Of a stretch of 64,000 nt of DNA, positions 10,711 to 20,692 are shown piece by piece (the stretch's first letter is position 1; each line of letters starts with the position of its first letter). The position numbers and the translations under genes were made by a program. This DNA is from Candidatus Latescibacterota bacterium. Lineage in GTDB: Bacteria; Latescibacterota; UBA2968; GCA-2709665. The stretch is from the NCBI GenBank assembly GCA_965222075.1, contig OZ244937.1, positions 896,001 through 960,000 of the forward strand. Direction: 5' to 3'. The notes under the pieces were generated by a model, which saw nothing but the letters and a program-made list of their open reading frames with translations, did no database searches and had not been told where the DNA came from.

Positions 10711-11931
10711 ATGGATACGGATAATGTAAAAAAACGGATGAAGCGGCCGGTCACGATCATTCAGAGATTTATTCCTCACTATCGAGTTCCCTTCTTTCAC
10801 GCCTTATCCAAACGGCTCGATGTGGACCTGGTCGTGGTGCACGGAGGCCGCTCCCGGGCTCCGGGCCATCCGGCCTACACAGGCAGGTTTCCTTTCAAAA
10901 CTGCGGTCGCCCCCTACTACGAATTTTCGCTGTTCGGATTTAATCTGGTCCTGCAACCGGGCAGTCTCAAGGCAGTCAGGTCGCATCCCGGCCGGGTCGT
11001 CGTTGCCGAAGGCTCGTTCAACAACATCTCCAGCCTCCTTGTTGCACTTTACTGCCGACTCACAGGCAGAAAGTTTATGTTATGGGTAGGTGGCTGGGAA
11101 CGTCCAGGATTAAGTCGCTGGAAACAAGCGGTCATACATACCTATATTCGCCTGGCATTGAAAATGGCCGATGGGTTTATTGCTTATGGTACCGTGGCAA
11201 AAGGCTATTTGACCCGATTTGGTGCACCGCCAGAATGGGTCTATATAGCACACAATTCCGTCGATACGGAAGATATATTCGCCAATTCCACTTACTATGA
11301 TCAAGAGGGAGATAGGCTGCGGCAGGTGCTGAAGCTGGAGGACAAGAAGATCGTGCTGAGCGTGGGGGCGTTGCGGCCGGAGAAACGCGTTGATACACTG
11401 ATACACGCTTATGCCCGGGTCCGGCGCAGGTCTCCAGAGGTCGCGCTGGTCATCGTCGGCGACGGGCCTCACAGGGAGGAACTGGAAGGGACCGTCGAAA
11501 CCTTCTCTGTGGAGAATGTCACATTTGCCGGCAGGGTCGTTGAAGAGGTCAATGCCTACTTTGCCATGGCCGATCTCTTCGTGCTGCCGGGCCTGGGAGG
11601 GCTGGCGCTCAACCAGGCCATGGCGTTTGGACTCCCGGTGATCTGTTCGGAGGCCGACGGAACCGAACGCGACCTTGTTGTTGAAGGGGTCAACGGGCAC
11701 ATCGTCAAAACAGGAGACGTGGGTGGACTCGCAGCAGTAATAGAGAACACGATCACCCACGACGAGCGGCTCAGGGAAATGGGCAGGCAGTCTCTGAAAA
11801 TCGTCAAAGAAAGAATCAACCTTCAAAACATGGTCCATGAATTCTCACGCGCGATCCATTCGGTCGCCTGCCTGCCGAGTCGCCTGCCTGCCGGCGAGGC
11901 AGGGCGCAGGCAGGCCTGCCGGAAAGCCTGA
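10711..11931 (+). CDS. GT4 glycosyltransferase
   Basis: VGALRPEKRV, IVGDGP, DLFVLPGLGGLALNQAMAFGLPVI; the C-terminal tail is encoded by palindromic repeats; start may be 10738. Confidence 0.85.
   Translation: MDTDNVKKRMKRPVTIIQRFIPHYRVPFFHALSKRLDVDLVVVHGGRSRAPGHPAYTGRFPFKTAVAPYYEFSLFGFNLVLQPGSLKAVRSHPGRVVVAEGSFNNISSLLVALYCRLTGRKFMLWVGGWERPGLSRWKQAVIHTYIRLALKMADGFIAYGTVAKGYLTRFGAPPEWVYIAHNSVDTEDIFANSTYYDQEGDRLRQVLKLEDKKIVLSVGALRPEKRVDTLIHAYARVRRRSPEVALVIVGDGPHREELEGTVETFSVENVTFAGRVVEEVNAYFAMADLFVLPGLGGLALNQAMAFGLPVICSEADGTERDLVVEGVNGHIVKTGDVGGLAAVIENTITHDERLREMGRQSLKIVKERINLQNMVHEFSRAIHSVACLPSRLPAGEAGRRQACRKA
11867..11914. repeat. Nested CCTGCCTG...CAGGCAGG palindromic elements
   Basis: Inner CCTGCCTGCCGGCGAGGCAGG (11883-11903) lies inside an outer CCTGCCTG-CCGA-G-TCGG-CG-CAGGCAGG. 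Confidence 0.7.
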
Positions 11932-12040
11932 GACTCCCTTCGGTTGATCCGCTTTCCCCTTCCGGCTTTCCCGTCCGTACAGTGCCTGAACACCTGTGCG
12001 ACCTTCTCGACTTGATTCCTTCTATGTTGGGAGTCATTTT

Positions 12041-12748
12041 ATGAAAGAAAACCTATCCGAATCGTACAACGCAATTTACCAGGATGAAGTTGTCGAACTC
12101 GAAAGCCTCCATTTCCGCTGGCCCAGACACCGGGAAGAGGCCCTGATCAAGTGGACAGCTCCAGGAAGGCGCTTGCTCGAAATTGGATTCGGGAGAGGAA
12201 CCGTCCTTTACAATTTGCACAAACGCTTTGATCAATTATACGGCGTCGAGTTATCCCCGGTTCGGGTGCGGAAGGCACAAGAGGCGTTTAAAAAAGCCGA
12301 TATACCTAATGTAAATTTGTTGGTTGGAAATATAGAAAAGGGGCTCCCCTTCAAAGACGAGCAATTTGATTGTATTATTTGGGCCGATGTTATTGAGCAC
12401 GTTGTGGATCTATGGGCGACTATGGAGGAAATTCGTCGGCTGTTACATCCTGGAGGTAGACTCATAACGGTTACACCAAATATTGCCAAGTTGCGACGAC
12501 GGGTGTTATTATTGATGGGAACCTTTCCGTCGACCTCCGCTAAGAATGAGGGGTTAAACGTCCGCGAAGGCGAGCTGTTTGACGGCGGACATATGCACTA
12601 CTTTACGTTCTCGAGCATTGAAAAGCTCTATCGGAAATATTGGATACAACCTGTAGAAAAATATGGATTTGGAGAGGCCGGATGGGTGCATAATATATAC
12701 CCTTCTCTGTTGAGTGGGAGTGTTTTTGTTTTAGGTAAAAAAGAATAA
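12041..12748 (+). CDS. Class I SAM-dependent methyltransferase
   Basis: LLEIGFGRG, GVELS, FDCIIWADVIEHV, LHPGGRL, TPN motifs. Confidence 0.85.
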   Translation: MKENLSESYNAIYQDEVVELESLHFRWPRHREEALIKWTAPGRRLLEIGFGRGTVLYNLHKRFDQLYGVELSPVRVRKAQEAFKKADIPNVNLLVGNIEKGLPFKDEQFDCIIWADVIEHVVDLWATMEEIRRLLHPGGRLITVTPNIAKLRRRVLLLMGTFPSTSAKNEGLNVREGELFDGGHMHYFTFSSIEKLYRKYWIQPVEKYGFGEAGWVHNIYPSLLSGSVFVLGKKE

Positions 12749-12799
12749 CACCAACCTGTACATTGCCAGGAACGCATACACCTTTGAAAGGGTTCGGAC

Positions 12800-13951
12800 T
12801 TGTCTTTGCCAGAGACGGTTTTGGTCGGATCATTACCTCCCCCCATTACGGGGCAGACCATAGCGTTTCAGATGGTCTGCGAGGGTTTTCAGGAAAAAAA
12901 GCTGCCATTTAGAGTAATCAACCTCAGTGGGGGAGAACATATAAGAGCGGAGGGCGGTTTCTCTTTAAGGCGATTGAGGCAGCTTCTCAAACCTTTCTAC
13001 AAGGCCTCGTTTTTCTTTTTATCCGGCCAAAGAAATCTATATATGAGCGCCACTCAAAATTGGATCGGGTTTCTCAGAGATAGCGTATTCATACTTCTGG
13101 CTACTTTGAGTGGAGGTCGTGTTGTGATTCACATCCATGGAGGAAACTATGACGGGTTCTACGCCTCTCTCTCACCCCTCCGTCGGTATGTGGTTCGTTC
13201 TGTAATCAAACAAGTGGATAGGATACTGATTCTGGGAAAAAGTCTATCCGGAATGTTCGATTTTGAACCCCATCTGCGGCATAAGATACGGGTCGTCTTT
13301 AACGGACTGCCATACAATGTCCGGGAAACTGCTGTTGAACCAAAACGTCTGCCGCTGGATGGGGAAGGTCGTCCCAAGCTCCTTTTCCTTTCTAACCTGA
13401 TTGTAAGCAAAGGCTACCTCCAGGTGCTTGAGGCGCTGCGTATCCTGGTCTGCGACCGGGGCATCGATGTTGAATGTCACTTCTGTGGAAGCTTCGTCCT
13501 CGCCTCCGATATATGCCCGTATTCAACCCCCGAAGAGGCAAAAGCTGATTTTCTGAGCCGGATTGAAAAGTTGGGACTTGGCGCGCACGCGTTCTGGCAT
13601 GGCTCCGTTGACGGAGACGAGAAGCTCGGCTTTCTGAACAACAGCCACTTTTTTGTGCTTCCCACAAATTATACCTACGAAGGACAACCGATATCGATCA
13701 TTGAAGCGCTCGCATTTGGGTTGGTGGTGATCACGACACCTCACCGTACGATACCCGAAATGTTAGAGGGAGGTAAGGCCGGAGAGTTGATCCCCTTCGA
13801 CCGGCCCGAAGAAATTGCACGGGTGATCGCGTCTTATATTCAAGACCCGCGAAAGTTCGAATCGATGAGTCGAGCATCCATCGATCGGTACCGTGAGGCG
13901 TTTACCCGGGAAGTCCACCTCGACAGACTGATCTCTTATATTCTGAACTAA
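12800..13951 (+). CDS. GT4 glycosyltransferase
   Basis: LPPPITGQ, IHIHGG, FLSNLIVSKG, EGQPISIIEALAFG. Confidence 0.85.
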   Translation: MSLPETVLVGSLPPPITGQTIAFQMVCEGFQEKKLPFRVINLSGGEHIRAEGGFSLRRLRQLLKPFYKASFFFLSGQRNLYMSATQNWIGFLRDSVFILLATLSGGRVVIHIHGGNYDGFYASLSPLRRYVVRSVIKQVDRILILGKSLSGMFDFEPHLRHKIRVVFNGLPYNVRETAVEPKRLPLDGEGRPKLLFLSNLIVSKGYLQVLEALRILVCDRGIDVECHFCGSFVLASDICPYSTPEEAKADFLSRIEKLGLGAHAFWHGSVDGDEKLGFLNNSHFFVLPTNYTYEGQPISIIEALAFGLVVITTPHRTIPEMLEGGKAGELIPFDRPEEIARVIASYIQDPRKFESMSRASIDRYREAFTREVHLDRLISYILN

Positions 13952-14053
13952 AGCTGCCCACCCCCAAACCCATCTCATAGCGCAGCAATTGGCGTCTCCC
14001 ATCCCGCCGGAGTGATGAAACAACGCACGACTATATCCGGATAAACAATTACG

Positions 14054-14165
14054 ATGAAAGAAAACCTGTCCGAATCGTACAACGCAATTTACCAGGATGA
14101 AGTTGTCGAACTCGAAAGCCTCCATTTCCGCTGGCCCAGACACCGGGAAGAGGTCCTGATCAAGT
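14054..14165 (+). repeat. 112-bp duplicate of the methyltransferase 5' end (12041-12152)
   Basis: Direct repeat with 2 mismatches, beginning exactly at the ATG. Confidence 0.92.
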
Positions 14166-14418
14166 TGGATCCGATTCTGGAGCTATCCCTGAAGTAATCG
14201 CAGATGCGGGGCTTGTCTTTCCGGAGGGAAATGCTCGGGCGCTTGCAAAACACCTTCAGAAACTGGTAGAAAATCCCGAATTAGGTCTCGAATTAGGCGA
14301 ACGAGGCAGGACGCGCTGTCTTGAAAACTACACCCACAATCAGATTGTGAAAAAGACCTGTGACATCTATCGATCAACGCTGGGTCCCAGATTCGTTCAA
14401 CCTCCTCAAGGCCCGTAG
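14164..14418 (+). pseudogene. GT4 glycosyltransferase C-terminal fragment
   Basis: Reads VGSDSGAIPEVIADAGLVFPEGNARALAKHLQKLVENPE...GERGRTRCLENYT...*; no N-terminus. Confidence 0.7.
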
Positions 14419-14519
14419 AGTCCTCCCAAAATGTATCCTATGTGGGGAAATCTGTTGAAGTAAAAACGGTGCAACTGAGAAGAAAGCAATCAGCTAAGTG
14501 TTGTACAGGAGGATATTGT

Positions 14520-15197
14520 ATGAATCAAACATCCGGAGGTCACCAGGCTCGGTATACAGACGGAAAAGCGGCCGAGAAGGATATGCTTGCTGTCCTGAAG
14601 AATACCGAAGATGTAAGCCTCGACTCCGAGGAATTGATGCAGAAGGTGAAGGATCTGCCCTCATACCATCACCTGGGAGTAGGCCGGTCAGCGATCTTGA
14701 GGTGCCTCGATCTGCCGGCCGAAAGCAGGGTGCTGGAATTGGGCGCGGGATGCGGGGCCATCACCCGGTACCTGGGTGAAACCTTTGCCTGCGTGGAGGC
14801 GATAGAGGAAAGTCCTATTCGCGCCGAGATCGCCCGGGAGCGGTGTCGGGACCTTGAGAATGTGTCGGTTCTATGTGAGAATCTGAGATATGAGAGTTTT
14901 GCTCCCAACTACGATATCGCCGTAATCATTGGCGTTTTGGAGTACGCTCCGGTCTTTACCCATCCGGAAGAGGCTCCCCGGGATGCCTGTTTGAGGCTTT
15001 TGGAACTGGCCAAAAGCGCATTGGACTCCAATGGATACCTGGTCCTGGCAATAGAGAACAGGATCGGTCTGAACTACTGGGCCGGCGCTCCGGAAAACCA
15101 CACCGGAAGGTTATCCTCTCCTGAAACCCGATTCTTTAGATGCCGTTTTCACGAATATCATCCAGAACGAGGCGGGAGAGTGGCATTTTATCGATGA
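14520..15197 (+). pseudogene. Truncated class I methyltransferase
   Basis: AGGAGG RBS, ATG 14520; VLELGAGCGAITRYLGE, IGVLEYA, AIENRIGL..WAGAPENHTG, then homology stops near 15113. Confidence 0.65.
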
Positions 15198-15234
15198 GGA
15201 GTGGTATGCCGATTCTAAAATCTCCATCGACTTC

Positions 15235-15528
15235 ATGCTCTACAGATGCCTTCGGTCTTGCCTGTATCGCCACGGAATCCGCGATCATCAGGCGAGAAAG
15301 ATGATCCAGTCCCTGTATCCATCGTATAACCGCAGCAGACATAAGAAAAATCGGGCGCTCGCAGATGCCTTTCTACGCGAAAGATTCCCGAAGCTCATAA
15401 ATCCCAAGCTGCTCAAAAGGAGTCTGTTGTGGCGTATCGCCAGAAACGACATTGTCCGGTTTTACTTAGAGAAAGTTTGGTTCAGAACACCCCATCGTAT
15501 TCGGTCATTTATAAGGGATCGCCTCTGA
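15235..15528 (+). pseudogene. Probable C-terminal gene fragment of unknown function
   Basis: Basic helical ORF between truncation junctions; no recognisable motif. Confidence 0.3.
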
Positions 15529-15687
15529 TAACTCGACAACACGTGATGTCCGTTGATCATGATCAATCGGGGTCGTAAGGCCGGGATAAGGACGATGTTT
15601 CAATTGGCGTACCCCGCCGTTTTTTTGGAATATGGCATCATTGCTGTCTAAAAACCGTTTACAGGGCTGGAAAAGGAAAGCCTGATT

Positions 15688-16767
15688 ATGAAAATCGCCA
15701 TTACCGTTGAAGCGCTAAAAAACGAATATTTCGCTGGAGTTGAGCAGTATATCTCCAATCTCACCTGCCAACTTGTAAATCGCGGCGAACTCGATCTGAC
15801 TCTTATTGCACCGTCAGATTTTCCTCGTCCCCTTTTTCCCGATAATACCAATGTGATTTACCATACTCCGGCTCTGGTGTTAGGGAGCGGTTTTTTTTCG
15901 GCTGTTTTTTCCCCGCCCAAAAATCTTTCAAATTTCGATCTGATTCATTGCCCTACCGTGACTGCCCCATTTTTTTTTCGGCCAAGCGCCAAGGTTGTTA
16001 TGACCGTTCACGACCTGATCCCCCTTCTTTTTCCGAAGTGGCAGACCATGAGACGGGTTCTCTACTTCAAATATTTCTTGAAGCATCGATTCCGATTTGT
16101 GGACAGGTTTATTGCCGTTAGCAACAGCACCAAACAGGACCTCATTGATCTTTTCCATATACCTGATCATAAAATCGATGTCGTCCACGAAGGGGTTTCC
16201 GAGCAGTTCAAACCAAGCATGGAAGCAAGAGAAGACTTCATCCTGGCTGTAAGCACTCTGGAGCCGAGAAAAAACTTCAAGAGAATCATTGAAGCCTACA
16301 TCCTTCTTCGACAGAAAAAAGAGACCAGCGATAGGCTGGTTATTGTAGGAAAAGAGGGATGGTTTTTTGATGATATCTTGAACGTTCCACGAGAATTTCA
16401 AGATGACATTATCTTCAAGGGCTACGTATCTGAAGCGGAGTTGATTCGCCTATTTCAGACCGCACGTTTTTTTGTTTATCCTTCAATGTACGAAGGCTTC
16501 GGCCTTCCCGTTCTTGAGGCCATGGCTTGTGGATGCCCTGTCATAACGAGTAATACATCAAGTATGCCTGAAGTCGCTGGCGAAGCGGCCCTTTTTGTAG
16601 ATCCTTACCAGATAGAAGAGATAAAAAATGCCATCTACACTCTGACAAACGATGCAGCATTGTGCGCTGCTATGGGCGCTGAAGGCATTCTCAGAGCCTC
16701 ACAATTTTCATGGCAGCGCACAGCCGAACAAACCTCTCAAGTGTATGAAAGAGAACTGGCCCGTTGA
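15688..16767 (+). CDS. GT4 (WbaZ/MtfB-like) glycosyltransferase
   Basis: TVHDLIP, STLEPRKN, YPSMYEGFGLPVLEAMACG. Confidence 0.88.
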   Translation: MKIAITVEALKNEYFAGVEQYISNLTCQLVNRGELDLTLIAPSDFPRPLFPDNTNVIYHTPALVLGSGFFSAVFSPPKNLSNFDLIHCPTVTAPFFFRPSAKVVMTVHDLIPLLFPKWQTMRRVLYFKYFLKHRFRFVDRFIAVSNSTKQDLIDLFHIPDHKIDVVHEGVSEQFKPSMEAREDFILAVSTLEPRKNFKRIIEAYILLRQKKETSDRLVIVGKEGWFFDDILNVPREFQDDIIFKGYVSEAELIRLFQTARFFVYPSMYEGFGLPVLEAMACGCPVITSNTSSMPEVAGEAALFVDPYQIEEIKNAIYTLTNDAALCAAMGAEGILRASQFSWQRTAEQTSQVYERELAR

Positions 16768-17093
16768 AAGCCACCCATATTTTCAAAACTTGTATTCGCT
16801 TACAGCCAAGTATCCGCGCCGTGTTAACTGAACCTGGGGATGCGCAGAGATTACCTTTATCCGACGATTGTGTCGATTTGATGCGCGGGCGCGATACCGA
16901 AACGGGTCATTGTTTAGCCGACATCGGACGCGCGATAGGGTTTGAGGTTCCCGCTATCGGGATCAGAAATTTGGATAGAAACCGTCGCATGCTCCCGGCT
17001 GGCGCTACGCTCAATCAGTCTTCTCAGATTCAACAGCGCATGCATCAAGAGTATGTCATCGGCTACATCAAACCCACAAAGGTTGAAATCTGA
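16764..17093 (+). pseudogene. Fragment resembling the C-terminus of a site-specific DNA methyltransferase
   Basis: GDAQRLPLSDDCVDL and LADIGRAIGF..IGIRNLDRNRRMLP...QRMHQEYVI; catalytic motifs missing. Confidence 0.4.
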
Positions 17094-17156
17094 TGGCTGA
17101 AATCGTAAAATTTTTATGCCCAATCAGAGTTTTTGTGAGATAAGGAGAGGCCATCA

Positions 17157-19589
17157 GTGAATCCAACGGTCCATCGGGTCGGGGCGGCCACTGTGTTGTT
17201 GATTTCGTTCGGGGGGTTTCTCAAGACGGTTGCTCCGACGGTTTCGTTCTGGGACTGCGGGGAGTTCATCGCCTGTTCCTACACCCTGGGGGTGCCGCAC
17301 CCGCCGGGGGCGCCGCTCTACCTGCTGTTGGGGCGGCTTTTTACGTTTCTGCCCTTTGGAGAAGACCCGGCGTTTCCCATGAATTTGATGTCGGTGATCA
17401 CCAGCGCTTTGGCAGCGATGTTCGTCTATCTGATTACGGTTCGGCTGATTCTGCTGACGCGGGAGGGAGACGCAGAGGGAGAGGGCCTGTGGCGGGACCT
17501 GCCGGTGGTTGTGGGCGGGATGACGGCCGCGCTGATGCTGGCCTTTTCGGATACGTTCTGGTTTAACGCGGTGGAGACGGAGGTCTACGGATTTTCGATT
17601 ATGCTGATGACGATGGCGGTGTGGCTGGGGATGCGCTGGATGGTCCGTCCGGGGCAGCCGGGCAGCCGCCGGTTGCTGTTTTTTGTCGCCTATCTGATGG
17701 GGCTGGCCGGTGGGATCCATCTGCTTTGCTTGCTGACGGTGCCGACGCTCCTGATTCTGATCTGGTTTGAAGACCGCGATCTGCTGAAGGATCCCAAAAT
17801 CTGGGCGATTGCCCCGATGCTCGTGGTGCTGGGGTATTCGACCTATGCGGCCCTCTACATCCGGTCCGGACTGAATCCGATGATCGATGAGAACAACCCG
17901 GAGAACTGGACGAATTTGATGGGCTTTCTCAAGCGGGAGCAGTACGGGGCGGAGAGCATGGTTTTGGGGATTTTTAACCGGAAGGCGCCGTTCTGGGACT
18001 ACCAGCTTGGGTCCATGTATTTGAAATATTTTTTCGACCAGTTCCCGGTTCCGGGCTTTCGGTTTGTATCGGAGGCGTTCCGGAAGGCGACCGGACCGGA
18101 GGTGCTGCCGGTCCGGGTCTCGGTGCTTCCTTATCTTCTGGGTTTTGGGGGGATGGCGATCCACCTGCTTCGGGATTCCAGGCGGTTCCTGGCGCTGTTT
18201 GCGCTGTTTCTGCTGACGGGGGTGGGACTTGTGGTCTATCTCAATATGCCCGATCCCCAGCCCAGGGAGCGGGACTACGTGTTTGTGGGGTCGTTCGCCG
18301 TGTTTGCGATCTGGATCGGGATGGCCGGAGAAACTACCGTGCGGTGGCTGCGGCAATGGAGGTTGAGCGCCCTGTCGGTGCTGGCTTCGGCCGCGCTGTT
18401 GCTGATGCCGGCCGGGATGGCGGGAGGCCTTTACAAGACCCACGACCGGACCGGAAACCATATCGCCTACGACTATGCATACAACATTTTGGCGTCGTGC
18501 GAACCGGAGGGGATTCTATTTACAAACGGGGACAACGACACCTTTCCCCTCTGGTTTTTGCAGGAGGTGATGGGCCTGCGGAAGGACGTGCGGGTGGTCA
18601 ACCTGAGCCTGCTGAATACAGGCTGGTACATCAAGCAGCTCCGGGATCTGCATCCCGGGGTGCTTATTCAGTATACCGATGCGTATATCGATGGGGTGTT
18701 GACACGGCACACCAGGGCAGCGCTGATGCGGGCGGGCCGTTTCTGGCCCCGGGACCGCGAGGTCACCGCAGCGGGGATGACCTGGACGGTTCCGGCCTTT
18801 CCCTGGCGGGTGCTCCGGATTCAGGATGTGATGGTTTTGAAGATTATCGATTGGAATGCCTGGGGACGGCCGATCTATTTTGCAACAACCGTTCCGGATG
18901 AAAACCTGCTGGGGTTGGAGGGGCACCTGGAGATGGAGGGGATGGTCTTCCGCCTGGTCAGGGAGAAGGCCAGACCGATCCACCCGGAACGGGCCCGGCG
19001 CAACCTCTTTGAGGTCTACCGCTACCGGGGGGTGACCGACCCGGCGGTCCACCGGGGCGAAACCGCGCTGAATTTGATGGTGAACTACCAGGCGGCGTTT
19101 TTGCATTTGGCCGAGGCGCGCCGCCTGGAGGGACAGGTGGAGGAGGCGCACAGGGTGCTGAAGTGGTGTGAGGATTTCGCGGTTGCGCCGGAGTCGTGGA
19201 CGGGATACCTGCTGCTGGCGGGGGGGATGCACCAGCTTGGGCGGGCGGATGAATTTCGGAGATTGCTGGACCGGGCCTTAGCCACAGAGGCGGCCGATGA
19301 GACGGCAAAGCAGGGGGCCGTGGCAGAGATGCTGATGGGGTTCAAACGGTTCGAGGAAGCAGTTGCGCTTTATACGGATATGGTCGACCGGGGGATGAAC
19401 GTTCCTCTGGCGCTGTTTAACCGGGCGGTCGCCAGGCAGAGGCTGGGGCAGCTGGAGGGGGCATTGGAGGATTTGCAGATGCTGGCAAGGCTGACGCCGC
19501 ACGATGGTGACGTGGCCAGGGCCATCCGGATGATCCGGGGTGAACTGGAGCAGAAGCGACAGCAGGATGTCGGAGGGGAACAGGAGTAG
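17157..19589 (+). CDS. DUF2723 (TMEM260-like GT-C) membrane protein with C-terminal TPRs
   Basis: FWDCGEFI, GVPHPPG, TFWFNAVETEVY, RERDY, FTNGDNDTFPLW, VVNLSLLNT; many TM helices. Confidence 0.85.
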   Translation: MNPTVHRVGAATVLLISFGGFLKTVAPTVSFWDCGEFIACSYTLGVPHPPGAPLYLLLGRLFTFLPFGEDPAFPMNLMSVITSALAAMFVYLITVRLILLTREGDAEGEGLWRDLPVVVGGMTAALMLAFSDTFWFNAVETEVYGFSIMLMTMAVWLGMRWMVRPGQPGSRRLLFFVAYLMGLAGGIHLLCLLTVPTLLILIWFEDRDLLKDPKIWAIAPMLVVLGYSTYAALYIRSGLNPMIDENNPENWTNLMGFLKREQYGAESMVLGIFNRKAPFWDYQLGSMYLKYFFDQFPVPGFRFVSEAFRKATGPEVLPVRVSVLPYLLGFGGMAIHLLRDSRRFLALFALFLLTGVGLVVYLNMPDPQPRERDYVFVGSFAVFAIWIGMAGETTVRWLRQWRLSALSVLASAALLLMPAGMAGGLYKTHDRTGNHIAYDYAYNILASCEPEGILFTNGDNDTFPLWFLQEVMGLRKDVRVVNLSLLNTGWYIKQLRDLHPGVLIQYTDAYIDGVLTRHTRAALMRAGRFWPRDREVTAAGMTWTVPAFPWRVLRIQDVMVLKIIDWNAWGRPIYFATTVPDENLLGLEGHLEMEGMVFRLVREKARPIHPERARRNLFEVYRYRGVTDPAVHRGETALNLMVNYQAAFLHLAEARRLEGQVEEAHRVLKWCEDFAVAPESWTGYLLLAGGMHQLGRADEFRRLLDRALATEAADETAKQGAVAEMLMGFKRFEEAVALYTDMVDRGMNVPLALFNRAVARQRLGQLEGALEDLQMLARLTPHDGDVARAIRMIRGELEQKRQQDVGGEQE

Positions 19590-19594
19590 AGGGG

Positions 19595-20692
19595 ATGGAA
19601 GAAGGCCCGATGGTGTCCATCATTGTTGCGCACTATTTGGACGATATCCTCTCCGGGTGTCTTCGAGCCATTTACGAGCGCACACAGGGGGTTTCCTTTG
19701 AAGTGATTGTGGCGGACGACCAGCCCTATGACGATGGGAGCCTGGGGCGCGCCCTGCAGAGGTTCCCGGATATCCGGGTGGTGAAGACGGGCGGTGGGAA
19801 CGGCACGCCCACCAGGGGGATGGCGGCAGGCTACAACCGGGGGTTGGAGGTCGCCCGCGGGCGGTATGCGATGCTGATGAACAACGATGTGGAGGTGTCC
19901 ACCGGATGGCTTGAGGCCCTGGTGGCGGCAGCAGAGGCGGATGAGGGGATCGGCGCCTGTCAGCCGAAGGTGCTTTCCGCCCGCGAACCGAAGCGGTTCG
20001 ACGATGGTGGCGCGGCGGGGGGGATGATGGATGTGCTGGGATATCCTTTTTGTCTGGGACGGGTTTTCGATACGGTGGAAGAGGATGAGGGGCAGTACGA
20101 TTCCTCACGGGATCTTTTCTGGGCGCTGGGCGGGGCGGTCTTCATCCGGATGTCCTGTCTGGAAAAGACGGGACGGATGGACGAGGCCTTTTACATGCAT
20201 ATGGAAGAGATCGATCTGTGCTGGCGGCTGCACCTGGCCGGGTTCCGGGTTGTCTCGGTGCCCCGGTCGGTCGTTTACCATTACGGGGGATGGTCGCTTG
20301 GAACGGAGCGATTTGTGCGGGTGTATTTGAAGCAGCGAAACAATCTGGTGATGGTCCTGAAAAACTGGTCGGCCGGGCGGTTGCTCTGGATTTTTCCCCT
20401 GCGGGTGTGTCTGGAGTTGTGCACCCTGCTGGCGATTTTCAAAGGGGATTGGAAGCATCCCGCAGCGGCACTGGGGGGGCTGCTGTGGGTGTTCACCCAT
20501 CCGCTGAATATCCTGCGCAGACGGCGAGAGGCACAGCGTTTCCGGACCGTTTCGGACGGGGAGGTTGCCGCGAAGATGTACAGGGGATCGGTGGTCTTTC
20601 AATATTTCGTGAAGGGGGTTCGGTCGGCTGTAAAACTGCTGGGCGATTCTTCCATAGAGGGAAACGATGGACCGGGTAAGGCTGGGAAATGA
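19595..20692 (+). CDS. GT2 glycosyltransferase
   Basis: VSIIVA, GYNRGL, LMNNDVEV, HMEEIDLCWR, VYHYGG. Confidence 0.88.
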   Translation: MEEGPMVSIIVAHYLDDILSGCLRAIYERTQGVSFEVIVADDQPYDDGSLGRALQRFPDIRVVKTGGGNGTPTRGMAAGYNRGLEVARGRYAMLMNNDVEVSTGWLEALVAAAEADEGIGACQPKVLSAREPKRFDDGGAAGGMMDVLGYPFCLGRVFDTVEEDEGQYDSSRDLFWALGGAVFIRMSCLEKTGRMDEAFYMHMEEIDLCWRLHLAGFRVVSVPRSVVYHYGGWSLGTERFVRVYLKQRNNLVMVLKNWSAGRLLWIFPLRVCLELCTLLAIFKGDWKHPAAALGGLLWVFTHPLNILRRRREAQRFRTVSDGEVAAKMYRGSVVFQYFVKGVRSAVKLLGDSSIEGNDGPGKAGK

